DNA of 64,000 nt from Geosiphon pyriformis uo1 (GCA_016748015.1 JAAOMT010000495.1:136989-200988); one strand, 5' to 3'. Positions 13,136-25,870 are shown, counted from the first letter of the stretch. The notes: generated by a model from the letters alone, not told the origin. Made by a program: numbers and translations.

Positions 13136-16100
13136 TCAATCGGGTCCAAAACACCGTTCTCCTTGTGTTTTTTCGTCATTTCCCCACCATTGTGGAAACG
13201 GAACCTATAAGAAGTAAATCAATAAATTGGCCGGGCAACTTCGTTTCATAAAATATCTCATGAGATCACAAAAAAGGATAAATACCTTATTGATTCCATT
13301 AAGACAAAAGAATATTACCATAGTCACAATTTGGGCACCGCTATCCAGTGCCGCGGAGAGGACATAATTATACCTGCCATTAAAAAAAGGTAAGAACAGA
13401 AACTCCAAGGTTAAATCAAAAGTTTAAAAAAAGACCAACTTTTTCCACCAGTGATATTTATAACGTAATCCATAATATTGGCTGAGAAAACTGGCGATAA
13501 ATCCCATGATTATGAAATTTGTATAAGTCCCGGGGAGGATGCTCAGACCACTACATATCAATGGCACATTCACGAGATCGAACCTCGCTTTTGGAAATTT
13601 GCGATGTAGAAGGTAGAATGGAAGCGGTGCGAAGAAGCCGATTAAAAAACCCCAAAGGAGCGGATGATATATGGAGGCGTTTCCTAGGAAGAAAAGAAAA
13701 TTTTATTACAACTTGGATATAACCATAATATAGAATTTTATTAAGATTACCAAAAGTTCGAGCTGGTCCAATCAGGCCCCATACTATCGATGCTGTGTTG
13801 AATACTTGGGACGCGTAGCCCGTCCACTGTTTAGAGTCCAATTTGTGAATTCTAAATTAAAAAAAAAACAAAATCTTTGGCAATTTTTGTGTATTACCTG
13901 ACCGCTAGGATCGCGTAACGTTCCATCCAAGTAGGGTCTTTTTGTCAAAATAATCAATTTCAAAACCCAATAATTTATCAATGCACCCACAATCGTTCCC
14001 CAGATTTGAGCAACGAACATTGATCTTGGGGGAATCTTCATGTAATGACCTTATAATAAATTTGGAAATTTAGCAAACATTTTGGAATCGAGAATATTTA
14101 AAGCCTCATTAAGAATATCATACCCAGCTTGAGATCTGAGACAAGAAGGAGGCATTGATACATTGCCATGTACCCAAAACACTTGAAATATACGTTGGCA
14201 ATTGGTCGACCCGGCAGCACGTAGCTAATTTATTGTGATGAAAGAAATTCATTGAGAAATTTATTAGGGTTAAAATATATTTTTATATTGGAATACCCGC
14301 ATATCATTTCGGTAATAACATTCAAGCCAACTTGATTATTGGAAATAGCTTGAATGACACCTAAATTTTTGAGAGGAAAACCATTTAAAAAAGGTCATTA
14401 GTCTTATCTTGGCGGCTCACAAAAAATTTCACTAACCAATAGGTAGAACCATAATAGCTGCCATTGCGACGGCCATTAACAATCCCCAGAATGGCAAATT
14501 TGCCTCAGTCACGTATCCTAGGGTAATGGCGATGCAAAGCATCCCCACAAATATTATTCCATACCACCAATTGGGTATTTCTAACATAAAAATTAAAAAC
14601 TTTAGCAGACATTAAAATTGAAAATAAATTCAAAATACTGATATACTTCTTTCTTTTCCTTTACGAAAATACTATTTTCCTTTGAAAGAACATACCAGGA
14701 TATCGCCTCATCAATTTTGAATGTATATCTTCACCTTCCTCAGAGCGACTGGACTTGAATCTTTGCCAAATTTCATCACCATAAAATAAAAGTACATGAC
14801 TTATAGCAGCGGCAAACGCGATGAATGACCAAAAGTAGCCCGCAGCGAATGTGACTGAAAGGTATACAGGGCCAAGTTCTTCATAAGCGGTAAGATTGAG
14901 TGTCCCAGTATTAGAGTCAATTACCGCAGTTTGATTATATCTACGAAAAAATAAAAAGCAAATTTAATATGAAACTTACAATAATTAATGAAAAAAGATG
15001 TTTATTTACCTTTGTCCATTCTTATCAAGAGAATAGGTAGCAAGAAATGGGAATTTTTTGGCATTTCTATCAAAACCAATTGAAATGTATAAATAATTGA
15101 TCAAATACTCACAAAGTTTTAGATGAGGAAAAAGATTAAAACGTACAAGACATCATTAAAGTATAAAAGTGGTGCAATCACCCATGCACCAGCAATTACT
15201 CCAAAGTACCAATTGGCGCTTGCAAACCTAGGAGGATTGTATCAAAAATATATGAAGAACTTATGGACGCTTCCAAAGAATTAAATTTATTTTGGCTTAC
15301 CAGGGAGTAAATAAAGGCCCAGATTGCCCAATCGCATTCCAATCTAGAGTGAAATCTAAAATACCCACCCCATGATAGCCACTCCCAAGTTTTTTCATGG
15401 TTGAGTTAGCAGGCGATAAAAGGCACAGGACGGCCATACTTGTTAACCAAGTGAACATGTATTGTGGAACGAATTGCCACACGAAAATAAATGAGAAGGC
15501 TATCATAAAAAATCGAAGCTTCTCACGGGTTTCTTCCGCATTTCCATGCAAGGTGCTGTACATTGACGCGAAAACGAGGTTTGATGGCCAAATCATATTG
15601 GCAGGTCGAACAAGATCTACAGAATTTTGATGATCAGCGAAGATTGCTACAACATCATATTCGCATAAAGATGCTTACATTTTCGAAGAAAGCCCGCTAG
15701 ACCATACCCAAGCATTTGGGTGCTAATTAGTAATAATATTCCTTTCACGAAGTTAACTTCTTGGTTATAAAATAATTCTTGAATAGCGATAATATCCTGA
15801 GTAATAATGAAAATAGAGAGTTTCAATTATGATAAACCTCAATGATCTTTGATTTGGAAAGCTTTTTGATTACCGTCGCGTAAGCAGATCCACCCCCAGC
15901 ACCAGTGGCTACGGCAATACAAACGTGTTCCTTAATATTAAATGGACCTTATTATAGTAAAATATAAACGAATTTACGTTATAAAACCTGCGCAAAATGA
16001 TCGAATTCGAGGAAATTAGTGCGAGGCAGGCGTACCAGGATTAAAGCTGAATTGCCAACTGCCAACTTTAAATTTTCGAATGGGTAGTAATCTTGCCATC

Positions 16101-16719
16101 CATCGGCCAAGCACATATGAGGCGAGCAGCACAAAAAATATTGAAAAGCCAGCACTATTTGGGCGAAAATAATAAAATTCAGAGAGGGTAGCGCCAAGTG
16201 TGGTAAAAAACTGCCAAAGATAATCAATTGGTATAAATTAATTAATGATAAATTATTATGAGTCTTCAACATATATTTAGGTATTATTTCAATATTTTAC
16301 CGTGCTCAAAATCCAAAAGCGAAATGTCATGCATGGCAATGTTGGGTCATCTTTTGTACTAACAGCCTATTTTTTAATCAGAAATTAATTAAGTCAATTG
16401 TGATATTTCAAGTTTCCGCCAAAGAAAACAAGCGTATTCAAATCAAAATTTTGATTTATTTGCTCACAGCGGCGACCATAGGTATTGGAGAATTCTCGCC
16501 ATCAACATTATCACCAAGAATTTTCTCAGTTTTCTCAATATCTCCTTTAGTGTAGATTGACTTCTCATCAGCCGAAAAGCTACAGTCAAAATTTTTTCTA
16601 TTTTCATGTTCATAGCTTTTTTCATTTGGTGTATTCACCGCAGTCAATGTTTCACTTTCGCCAGAGGAATGGTCAGTTAATTTCTTTTCGATTATAGGAA
16701 TTTCTATCTCCTCGTCCAT
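13136..16719 (-). CDS. OPT-family oligopeptide transporter (multi-exon; span given, start ATG 16719, stop TGA 13136-13138)
   Basis: Family motifs across GT-AG-bounded exons: NSPIPMVAA/VSTKDDPTLPCMTFRFW, NPG/PFNIKEH, MIWPSNL, LDWNAI, PGRPIANVYFK, DLKLG/HYMKIPPRSMF.AQIWGT, YNYVLSAALDSG, and a last exon VPFPQWWGND...CFGPD*. Confidence 0.95.
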
Positions 16720-18266
16720 TTTTTTTTTTTTTGAAAATTATTCAAGATTCTCACAGTTATCTTCAAAGGTAACAGAATTAAAAAGGATCAAAAAAAAAGA
16801 TTAGCAAAACATTAGTTTTTTTTTTTTTGATAATGGTGTTAAACAATGATATCAAAGCTTCGATTAGTTTCAGTTGTTGATGTCAAGAAGTCATCAATCA
16901 GGTGTATCTGACCTACTAAGTTTTAAATGAAACCACCCATATAATTATCTCATGATTTTTAAAAACAATAGAGTCTAAAATTGCAAATCCGTAGGAAACC
17001 TTATGAATACAATCATAAAATATCTTTAATGCTTCGTTGAAATTTGGTTCGACGTTTGATCCAGTTGGTTAATTAAGAAATTTTCTTGCCTTTTCGCGAA
17101 GATTGGAGTCAAAATAATGACTAAAACTCAAGAGAATATATAGAAAGAAACTTTAATATATATATATTCATGTACAAATTTAAAAATTTTATGTTTAGGT
17201 TTACGCGTTATTTCAAAAGATTTTTGGTCCTAAAAAACAGGGAAGTTAAAAAATAAGAGTAATAGATATCTCAAAAAAAAATATAAAACGCGTTGATGTA
17301 CAAATGTAAGTTAACATATAAAACATAATGAATGATGTTTTTATAGAAATAAATTGAATCGAGATGGAGGGGGGACGCTATTATAATTTGAAATATAGAT
17401 CACTTCAAAGAGATTCAGGATCAAAGACTGATATATTCATAAAAATTGTCCATAATGCATTGGAGAAAAGGCTTTGATGTCATTATTGAATTAAGGTGAT
17501 TAAAAGCAACATTAAATAGATTAATACTGATCTGCTTGACAACCTGGGTAATAATGTCGTCTTTATTATGATTAGAAAAGTATTGTATATGTTTTCTTTT
17601 CTTTTTTTTTCTTTTTTTTTTTCAAGTTTAATTAAATTCTTTCGCGAATTGATAAATCTTTATTAGATACGAAATAAAAATTTTTACTTTTCAACAACTT
17701 TTTTTTTTTTTGAATAATATAATTGGTAATCCTTCAATTGCTGATCCTATATTTCAAAGTTAAATAAGTAATTTTGAGATATCTAAAAGTTGTGACTTTT
17801 TAATTTGTATTGAATTTTGGAAATGAATTTTTTTGAATATATATATATATTAATTGCTAATAAAAAAAAATTGAAACTCTACAATTCCCAAATAACCATT
17901 ATATCCTAATAAAATCTAGTAAAATTTTACATTTAATCAAATGTCTTGGACCCTTCTTTATCTTGATCAAGTGGGTTAAGGAAAAGATTTTGATATCTTT
18001 AAACAGATTGAGAAAATGCATATTATACTATGATTTAAATTGAAATAATATGAATTTATCACTGACAGAATTTTTAACCTACCGAAATAAACTACAAGAT
18101 GCACGACTGATAAGACGAATTGATTTATTTATAACCAACTCTGTAAAATGATATAAAAAACCTCCCAAATATCTGGAAGATCTTTTAAGGTGAAATATAT
18201 ATTGTGAAGCTTTGAGAGATTAAAAAACGAAATTGGCTAATTTGATTGTTGGGAACATTTAACAAA

Positions 18267-18267
<1 letters not shown>

Positions 18268-18303
<36 letters not shown>
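18268..18303. repeat. (ATT)n microsatellite, ~12 units
   Basis: Direct reading. Confidence 0.95.
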
Positions 18304-18304
<1 letters not shown>

Positions 18305-18514
18305 CAAATTTTGACCCTCAAGCTTCTTTTGAATTCTTATCATTTTTATACAAGATCTGCCTGCATTTCGAATTAACCCCCAAAGATGAACCATATAAAG
18401 TGTAATTTCTTTTCATTTCATTTCTTTTCTTTTCACCAATTATTGAGGGTAGTTTGTATCTTAATTTCTCAGTGAAATCTAAAATTATTCCTAATCCAAG
18501 TTATAATTTACCAA

Positions 18515-18924
18515 ATGTATATTTCCCCTCAAACAGATGAAAATCAAGTCTCATTCACACCCGTAACACCTGCCAATCTTAACCCTAACCCAACCCAACA
18601 TTTCAAAACCTTTATTAACACTTTTATCAATTCCTTTGACGAAAACTGCCTACTTTTATTACTCCTTTCATTCTTGACAGCTTCTCTCCTGGTAGCTATG
18701 TCAATTAGTTTCACGATTTGTATGATGACAATCATTATGATACTGTTAAGAATTCTTGGCTGGGTTGCTTTCGGCGTTCAACTACTTTTGATTGGGATCG
18801 CGGTAAATCTTGTACTGGTGGTGTTTATTTTAGGTATCTTTGGTAGTTTAGTAGGTGGGATTCTGAGTATATTCGTATTGTTTAAAAGTAGAGAAGTTGG
18901 CCTAAGGTATCTTGTTGACTTTTG

Positions 18925-18925
<1 letters not shown>
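18515..18925 (+). CDS. Small single-exon hydrophobic membrane protein (136 aa), possibly promethin/LDAF1-like
   Basis: Intact ATG-TGA ORF with higher GC than its flanks, a TATA-like CCATATAAAG at ~18391, and a ~70-aa nearly uninterrupted hydrophobic stretch. The family assignment is only a guess. Confidence 0.55.

Positions 18926-19007
<82 letters not shown>
18925..19007. repeat. (ATT)n microsatellite, ~27 units, starting at the stop codon of the upstream ORF
   Basis: Direct reading. Confidence 0.95.
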
Positions 19008-19008
<1 letters not shown>

Positions 19009-19268
19009 CGGATGTTGAATTGAACCACATTGTTAGATATGCAAGGAAATTTTTTCAATCTTATTTTAGATTATTCTAATAAAATAGAAAGAAAATTCTG
19101 GTTATTTAGGACCATTGGAATCTTTTTTTAAAATTCTTAATCAAAATTTTCTCCCTTTTTTATAGAATAATCAAAGAATCTGGAATAGAAGCTAAAAATA
19201 CTTGTAATTTTGAAAATCTTTTCTAGAAAAACTTTATTATAATAAAATCTCGAATCTTAAATTCTAAT

Positions 19269-20938
19269 TCAAAGAGTATCATTGATAGCATCACCAGCAC
19301 ATGACCTTTCTTTCATCATCACTCCAAAATACCGACCATTATGCACTCCTCGAGATGAAGCCGTAGTGATATTGATACATTCCTTTGGAAGAAAAAATTA
19401 TCAAATATTTAGAATAGTAAAATAAAATCATCCCAAGCTAATATTTAAACTTTAAACTTACTTCACTTTCACCAACATGGGGAGTTACTTCATGTTCCAA
19501 AGCATTACACCAATAAATTTTGTAATCTATTCCACTAATCCAAATCTCCTCACCAAAGTGTACAAAATTTTCTGAACTTTGAGGATTCAAAGGGACATCA
19601 TCATTTTGATTTGTTACACGTCTTGAAAATCCAATCGCGTCAATCACGGCATGCCCAAAAGCTTTATTTCCAATTCTTGGCATCCCATAAGTAAAGATTT
19701 TCAGAACTTGTAAATCAGATTTTTTAAGTTCGTATAGTGCTAATGCTGCGAATATTGCATAGACTATAAAAAATGACAAAATCTTGGAAATTAGTATGGT
19801 AATTGGACGTATAAAAATATTTTTTGTAACTTTGGGAGTTTCATAATTTTATGACTAACCTCCTCCTAAACTATGTCCAACTAATGTAATTTTTTTTGAT
19901 CTAATTGACATTAATCTTTTAATCTCGGGAACAATTTTAATATAAAATTGATTCCTAATAGTTTGACCGAAATTCTCATAGAATCCAGAATGAACCAAAG
20001 CACCTGGAATCCCTTTATAAGGAGTTACTTGTTTTTCTTTTAAATACTTGTCCAAATTTTCTTCATCTCCTCTAAATATTATCACTATTTGTGAGTTTTC
20101 AGGGTCAGATAACACTTGAACTGTAAATTTTTATTTTTTTAAATTAATTAATTAATTAATTATTTATTTATTTATTTGAATCGGTATTTCTAAAAAGAAT
20201 ACCAATTAAAATTTAAAAAATAGTCTAACCTTTAATTTTGGCGGAAATTTCAAAGTTCTCAAATTCATCACAATACGCTCTATTCGCGTATCCGGCGTAT
20301 TTCGCGTAAGATTTTTTTTCCCAAGTAGTTAGGATTACCTTAGATAATGGTTTATCAGAAGATTCATCATATTCATCTTCTGATTGTTCTTGAGCCATAA
20401 TTTCATTTGTTGTAGTGAAAGATTGAACTAGGGAAGACGGAAAATTTGGGGAAATTTTATTAAAAAACGATTGTTCTTGATAGTTGATCCCAGAAAGTTT
20501 TAACTTGTCCTCTTCAAGATTCATTGTCTTCATGATGGTATTGTCAAAAAAGTGTTTAGATGGTGAATTTTGATTTTTGTTAATATTATTATTGTTTCGA
20601 ATTTTTTCGAATTCAGGTAAATACATAGAAATTCCTTGTTCAAGAATTTGATCAATTGGAATAGATAGAAAATTTTCTTCATGATCATCAAACATTTCAA
20701 ATTTTTTCCTCGAACGTTTGATATTTCGTTGTGATTTCTGATTATCGAGTGATGAGCCAAAAATCCTTTCTGATTGTGAGATGATATGATTTAAATTTCG
20801 GTGTTCTTTAGAATTTTTCAATATAATCGGAGTCGCAAACGGTTGTTGAAGAGAGTTTGACAGTTTTAAAAGCGAAATCCAAAGAAATATAGAAAGAAAA
20901 GTTAAATCGTAAAAGCTTCTTAATTTTTGGAATATCAT
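19269..20938 (-). CDS. Secreted class-3 lipase (Lipase_3, alpha/beta hydrolase), 4 exons, long N-terminal pro-region
   Basis: N-terminal signal-like hydrophobic segment; YAGYANRAYC, IVIIFRG, VHSGFY, nucleophile GHSLGG, TYGMPRIGN, RVTNQNDDVP, FVHFGEEIWI; last exon ECINIT...VHNGRYFG...DTL*. Confidence 0.92.
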
Positions 20939-21180
20939 TTTAGAAATATGATTATAATTTTAAAATGATAAAATTTTTCAATCATTCTAATATTCTAACA
21001 TAAATTTATTAAATTCGTATGGAATATTTCGGATTTGACAGAACAGGGAATAAATTGTAATATTTTTCACACAAAAAAAAATAATAATACATGTATTTTG
21101 AAAATCTCCAATTAGGTAACTTATCTTAACACATGCTGAATACGACAATTTCGGATAAGATTAACAATATGTTTGGTTAA

Positions 21181-21207
<27 letters not shown>
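21181..21207. repeat. (GT)n microsatellite upstream of the lipase gene
   Basis: Direct reading. Confidence 0.95.
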
Positions 21208-21211
<4 letters not shown>

Positions 21212-21978
21212 ATTTTAGTCTTTTTCTATTATAAAGCAAAAAATATTTTTGCTTTTAATTTATATCATCAATTCTGATTCGTTCGAGTGAGAATACATGT
21301 ATAATAACATGTATAAAGATTTCTCAAATTAAAAATTTGACATGTACTTGAATAATTTCAAAAGAGATATTTTTTGGAAAAAAAAATAAATCATTCTCAT
21401 CAAAAAGTTATATATTCCAGAAAGTACATGTATTTTCTTAAATGCTGATTATAATTCATTGATATGGTCCTTAAAAACTACTTTGAATATGATAAAAGTA
21501 AATTTGTGAATCCAAAGGTTAATTTCAGTACCCTAAATTAATAAAAAATCTTTTGAAAATGTCAATGTTTGACAATCAATTTCAATATTCATAAAAAATG
21601 ATAACGAAAATTTTAAAGAATTAAATTCTAACTGAAATAATTTTATTTTTGAATAAAAATATTTTTTTCTAAACTATAAAAGTTTTTCTTATTCTCCGAA
21701 TTCTTTTCATTTTTCGTTCAATAATCGATAATTTGTTTTTTTAAATCACATATCTCAACAATAAAATAGCGTACATGGTATTTAAAAGACAATTTAAATC
21801 TTGAAAAGAAATAATATATAATTCAAAGAACATTTAGCTTCTTCAATTTTGAAGTGTTGCTGCTCTTTCCCTAATATATTTTTTTGAATCCATTTTTATT
21901 GATCTCCTTTATTGCCAAATTAAGCTCTCTCTAAAAAACCTTAAAGAAGGGTGTATTCACTTTATCAATTCTGATGTA

Positions 21979-23175
21979 CAGACGGATTACACTATTTCCT
22001 CAAATCATAAAGAATTTTAAAGATTCCAATAATACTGAAAAGCTTAAAATTGCGCTTGCATGTTCATTGTTCATTGTTCATAAAAAAAGACATTCATCTT
22101 TTGTTTCATTTATTATTTAATTAAAGGCGGACTTGAAAATTCGAAATTTATATACAAATAGGTGGCCAAAAAAGATCTTTGTAAAAACGCTCAAGAAAGA
22201 GGTAAAAATTGCGCGCAATATTGGATGGTCTGCTAATTGTGTTAAGAGCTATCTTAAATGATTAAAATTAACAAAAAATAGTGATTATTTAAAAAGAAAT
22301 TATAGTGGTCGAAAATTTATTGTTGATAAACGTTCTGAACGCCGAATTCCATCAATAACAAATATCCTAAAACATCTCCTTACTGCCAATCTCCAAATTT
22401 CCATTAGTACTTTAATAAAAAAAAACCAATATTAAATCCATATAATGCGTAAGAAGCTTATGATTAATTAAGTAAACCGAATTAAACAGTTACAGTGGGC
22501 TAAAACCTACAATTACTAGACCAAAAAGGATTGGGAAACGTGTTCTTTGAATATATTAATCGTTTATAAGTATCGTTTTATATGGGAAATTTCGTTTATG
22601 GTGTCATGAAAGTGAGCCTTACAACTCTGATCATACATGAGCAACCATTAAAAGTGGACGTAAATCTATCATGGTATGGGGATGTACCCCTCACGTATGA
22701 CTGGTGAACTATATGGAATCTTTATATTGGATATAGCTATGACCGCTAAAAAGCAATATTTCAGGAAAATAACGCTCCAATTCACAAGTGCAAGCTTGTG
22801 AAAGAACTCCAAGACAATCTTGGAATTGTGACTTTGAAATGAGCAAATCTTAGTCCAATAAAAAATATATGGAGGAAAGTTTAAAATTGGATTCACCAGT
22901 ACCGAAAGCCACAAACAGAAGCTGAATTGAAGGAAGCAGTCTCTATTGCATGAAATGCTATTCAATTAAAGACGATTCTTCAATTTATTGATTCAATGAA
23001 AAACATGTTAAACATGTTATAAAAAGAAAGGGCTATGCAACCCATTGGTAGACATTTGTTTTTCAATAATCAAGTTAAAGTTCAAAAGTGACTTTTATTT
23101 ACATATATCGGGTAAAAATAATCGGTATCATTTTTTATTTTGAGAAAATCCTCCTAATTTTGTTTGACCCGTCTG
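21979..23175 (+). mobile_element. Tc1/mariner DNA transposon relic (may extend to 24122, see findings)
   Basis: TA|CAGACGG... at 21977 and ...CCGTCTG|TA at 23169-23177. The degenerate transposase on + reads KIARNIGWSANCVKSYL (HTH), YSGRK, RIKQLQWAK...KKDWE, ATIKSGRKSIMVWG, FQENNAPIHK, NLSPIKNIW, IDSM...VIKRKGYATHW*. Confidence 0.88.
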
Positions 23176-23483
23176 TACACATACCAAATTTTTTTTATCT
23201 TTCAAAAATAAATGCTTTGAATCTTCATTGATTTATCTCAATCTAGGAAAATGTGGTCTTTGATTAGACTGTAGGGCTATTGATGGAAATCCTATTACGA
23301 CACGGCTCGTTGAATTTGATAAAATCTGAGGTTTCTTAGAGTGGCCTTGAACAAGAGTGATATGAAATAAAACCAGAAAAAGTGAAGATATAAAGTAAAA
23401 CCAGTCACGAAAATAAAAACTTCCTTACCTTCATATTCATTCTTCTCGAATTGAGTGCAGAGAGCCAACTTTGGTGTCACAAT

Positions 23484-24030
23484 TATAAGAAATTCATTTC
23501 CAAGGTTTTACCTTGTGTGTGATTGGCATCGCGGCAAAAAGAAAGGAGTTTACGGTTAGCAACTAGAATGATCAATGCTCCAGACAGAGCAATGTTTGTA
23601 GCTGCGTTTGCATCCCTTTTTTTGTGTTATGTACTTAATTTTTCTCGCTAGGCAATATAAGTGAACCCATTCAATGGCACCGTTCGACAAGTCCAATTAA
23701 TAAAAACTTTTGAGAAACAGTAAAGGCATGTTTTGGAAGTGTTTTACTCATTTACGATGTCAACATGTCCATAGATGCAGTGCTGTTCCTTAATTTTTTT
23801 TATGCCTTTGCCAAGAATGTCCTTTAATGATCCTGTTTATGTCCTGTCAGTGTCCGACACAATGAATCACTACCAGTTTCTGCTCATTGGGAAAAAGTTG
23901 GGCATAGGTGCGAATATGTTTCTGCTCTTGTGCTGCAGTCTTATCACATGTTTATTTGGTCTGAATTTCTTTACCTTGGGCAAATTTTTTTGCTGGGTCT
24001 TAGAATTTACACCATTTTTTTGTTGTTGTT
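23484..24030 (-). pseudogene. Fanzor (eukaryotic TnpB-like RuvC nuclease) C-terminal relic with stops and frameshifts
   Basis: Manual minus-strand translation across frameshifts: KEIQTK*TCDKTAAQEQKHI...VIHCVGH*QDINRIIKGHS...KIKEQHCIYGHVDIVNE*NTSKTCLYCFSK (RuvC-II E plus CxxC, 23714-23752)...NGAIEWVHLYC (second Zn half-site, 23652-23684)...RDANAATNIALSGA (RuvC-III, 23576-23617). Motif order and spacing match TnpB/Fanzor. Confidence 0.8.
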
Positions 24031-24519
24031 GTTAATGCTTTTTTTGGTAATGCTTCAAAAAACTAATGTTATTGATCAAATCAGTAGTAATTTCGAAGTT
24101 TTTTAATATAATGTAATCTCTGTACCAAAGTTATTTTCAATTGAAAAAACTTGATATTCCCAAAAACAGATCCCATTTGTATTAAAAAATAAAGCAACAA
24201 AAAAATCCGTTTTCTTTAATCTTTGATTTTAACAAGAGTCTTAGTAATAATGATAACAATAATGAGTATACTAGTAATTGACAGCAAGGCTTTTTTCAAA
24301 AGTACAATAAAATATTAATTTTTTATAAATATTTTCTCTGTTTTAATAATTTTCAGCCACTTTTATTTTCTGATTTTTTAGCCAATATTTATTTGATTTA
24401 ATTCTAATTGTAAAATCTTTGCACAAAAAGATTTTAATATACTAATAAAGTTTTTAATTTATATTGTTTTTTTGCTTTATAAAAATTGGTAATTTAATTT
24501 TTATTATTAAATTAAATAT

Positions 24520-25330
24520 TTCAATGTTTATAAAAGTGTTATATACACTAACAAAAATAAAATATAAAAACAACTTTCAAATAAGAAATAAAAAGCCAAT
24601 AATAGTGATAATTAAAAATATATTTACTTTTTAAAATTTTTTTGACTTGTTTATTTTTTTAAATAGTTCTAATACTTAAAAAGTTTTTTTAAAAATAAAA
24701 ACAACTAAATAATATTTTGTAAAAAATAAAATATTGGTTTTATTTAATTTTTTGATATTTACATAAGTTTTATTACAATTATATTAATTATAATACTTAA
24801 TTTTATTTTGGTTATAAACAACAGTTTTTTTTTATTTGAATATTAATAATAGCAACATATTTATTAAAGCTAATTTTAATTAATATATAGTTAAATTGCT
24901 TAATATTTTGAATTTTAGTCAATTATTACTAATTACAAAAACAAAAACAAATTATGTTTTACACATAATTTTTTTAATCAATTTATTAAATTATTTGATT
25001 ATAAAAATTGGACTAATAAATAAAAACTTGTTAAATTATTTTTCTTATTATTTTTAATATTATAATATTTTTTATAATGTTTAAATTTGTTTTTATTATT
25101 GTTGTTCTTTATAATATTTTTTTAAAAATCATAAATTTGATGTTTTTTTAAAAATTGTTTTAATTTACTAATTAATTTTAATAAAAAACAGTATTAAAAT
25201 TTATTTTTTTAGTTGTATTATTTTTAAATTTTAAAAATATATATATATTATTATTATTATTATTATTATTAATAAGATTTATATTTAAAAAACAATTATA
25301 TTTAATAAAAAACTTGTAGTTGTTTTTATT
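24520..25330 (-). repeat. Eroded unidentified repeat, copy 2 (inverted relative to 11400-12110)
   Basis: See copy 1; by-eye alignment only. Confidence 0.55.
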
Positions 25331-25689
25331 GTTTTAAGTATTAAAATTAAAATTTTTTAATTTTTTAAAGTTTATATCTAAATTATTTTTTTAGTTTTTT
25401 TCTGTTTTAATTATTAATTTTGTAATTAATTTTAAGTTGGTTATTTTAAAATTTAAGTTAACAAAATTGGCTTTATTAATTAAGTTTATTATTAAATTTG
25501 GTTGGTTTTTTAAATATTTCATCTTTTAAAAATATTAAAATTAAAAATAATATTGATATTTTTAGTAAATTTATTAATAACTTAAGTAAAAAAATTATCA
25601 AATTTAAAATAAAATATAAAATAAATAATTTAATTAATATTAAAAATAAATTTTCAATAATAAATTTTTTATTATTATAATATAATTTT

Positions 25690-25870
25690 ATTATTATCTA
25701 ATATAATACAACTATATAAAGTTCTAAATTAAATATAATTCATGTATTTGCTATATATAACTAGCCATTTGACCAGTTAAGACTATATTATACAGCTATA
25801 ATAATAGAAATATTAAAACTAATATTAGTAAAAAATAAATATTTAATCTTAAATCCAAAATTAACTATTT
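25690..25870 (-). mobile_element. Short eroded LINE 3' end relic
   Basis: TCATGTATTTGCTATATATAACTAGCCATTTGACCAGTTAAGAC matches the E3 3' UTR (TCATGCATTTTTTATACATGACCAGCTATTCGGGCCAGTCAGGAC). Confidence 0.65.

Noticed and set aside
18268-19007. (ATT)n tracts as LINE tails or a retrogene signature around the 136-aa ORF
   Set aside because: No LINE 3' UTR or TSD is adjacent, so these are treated as simple microsatellites.
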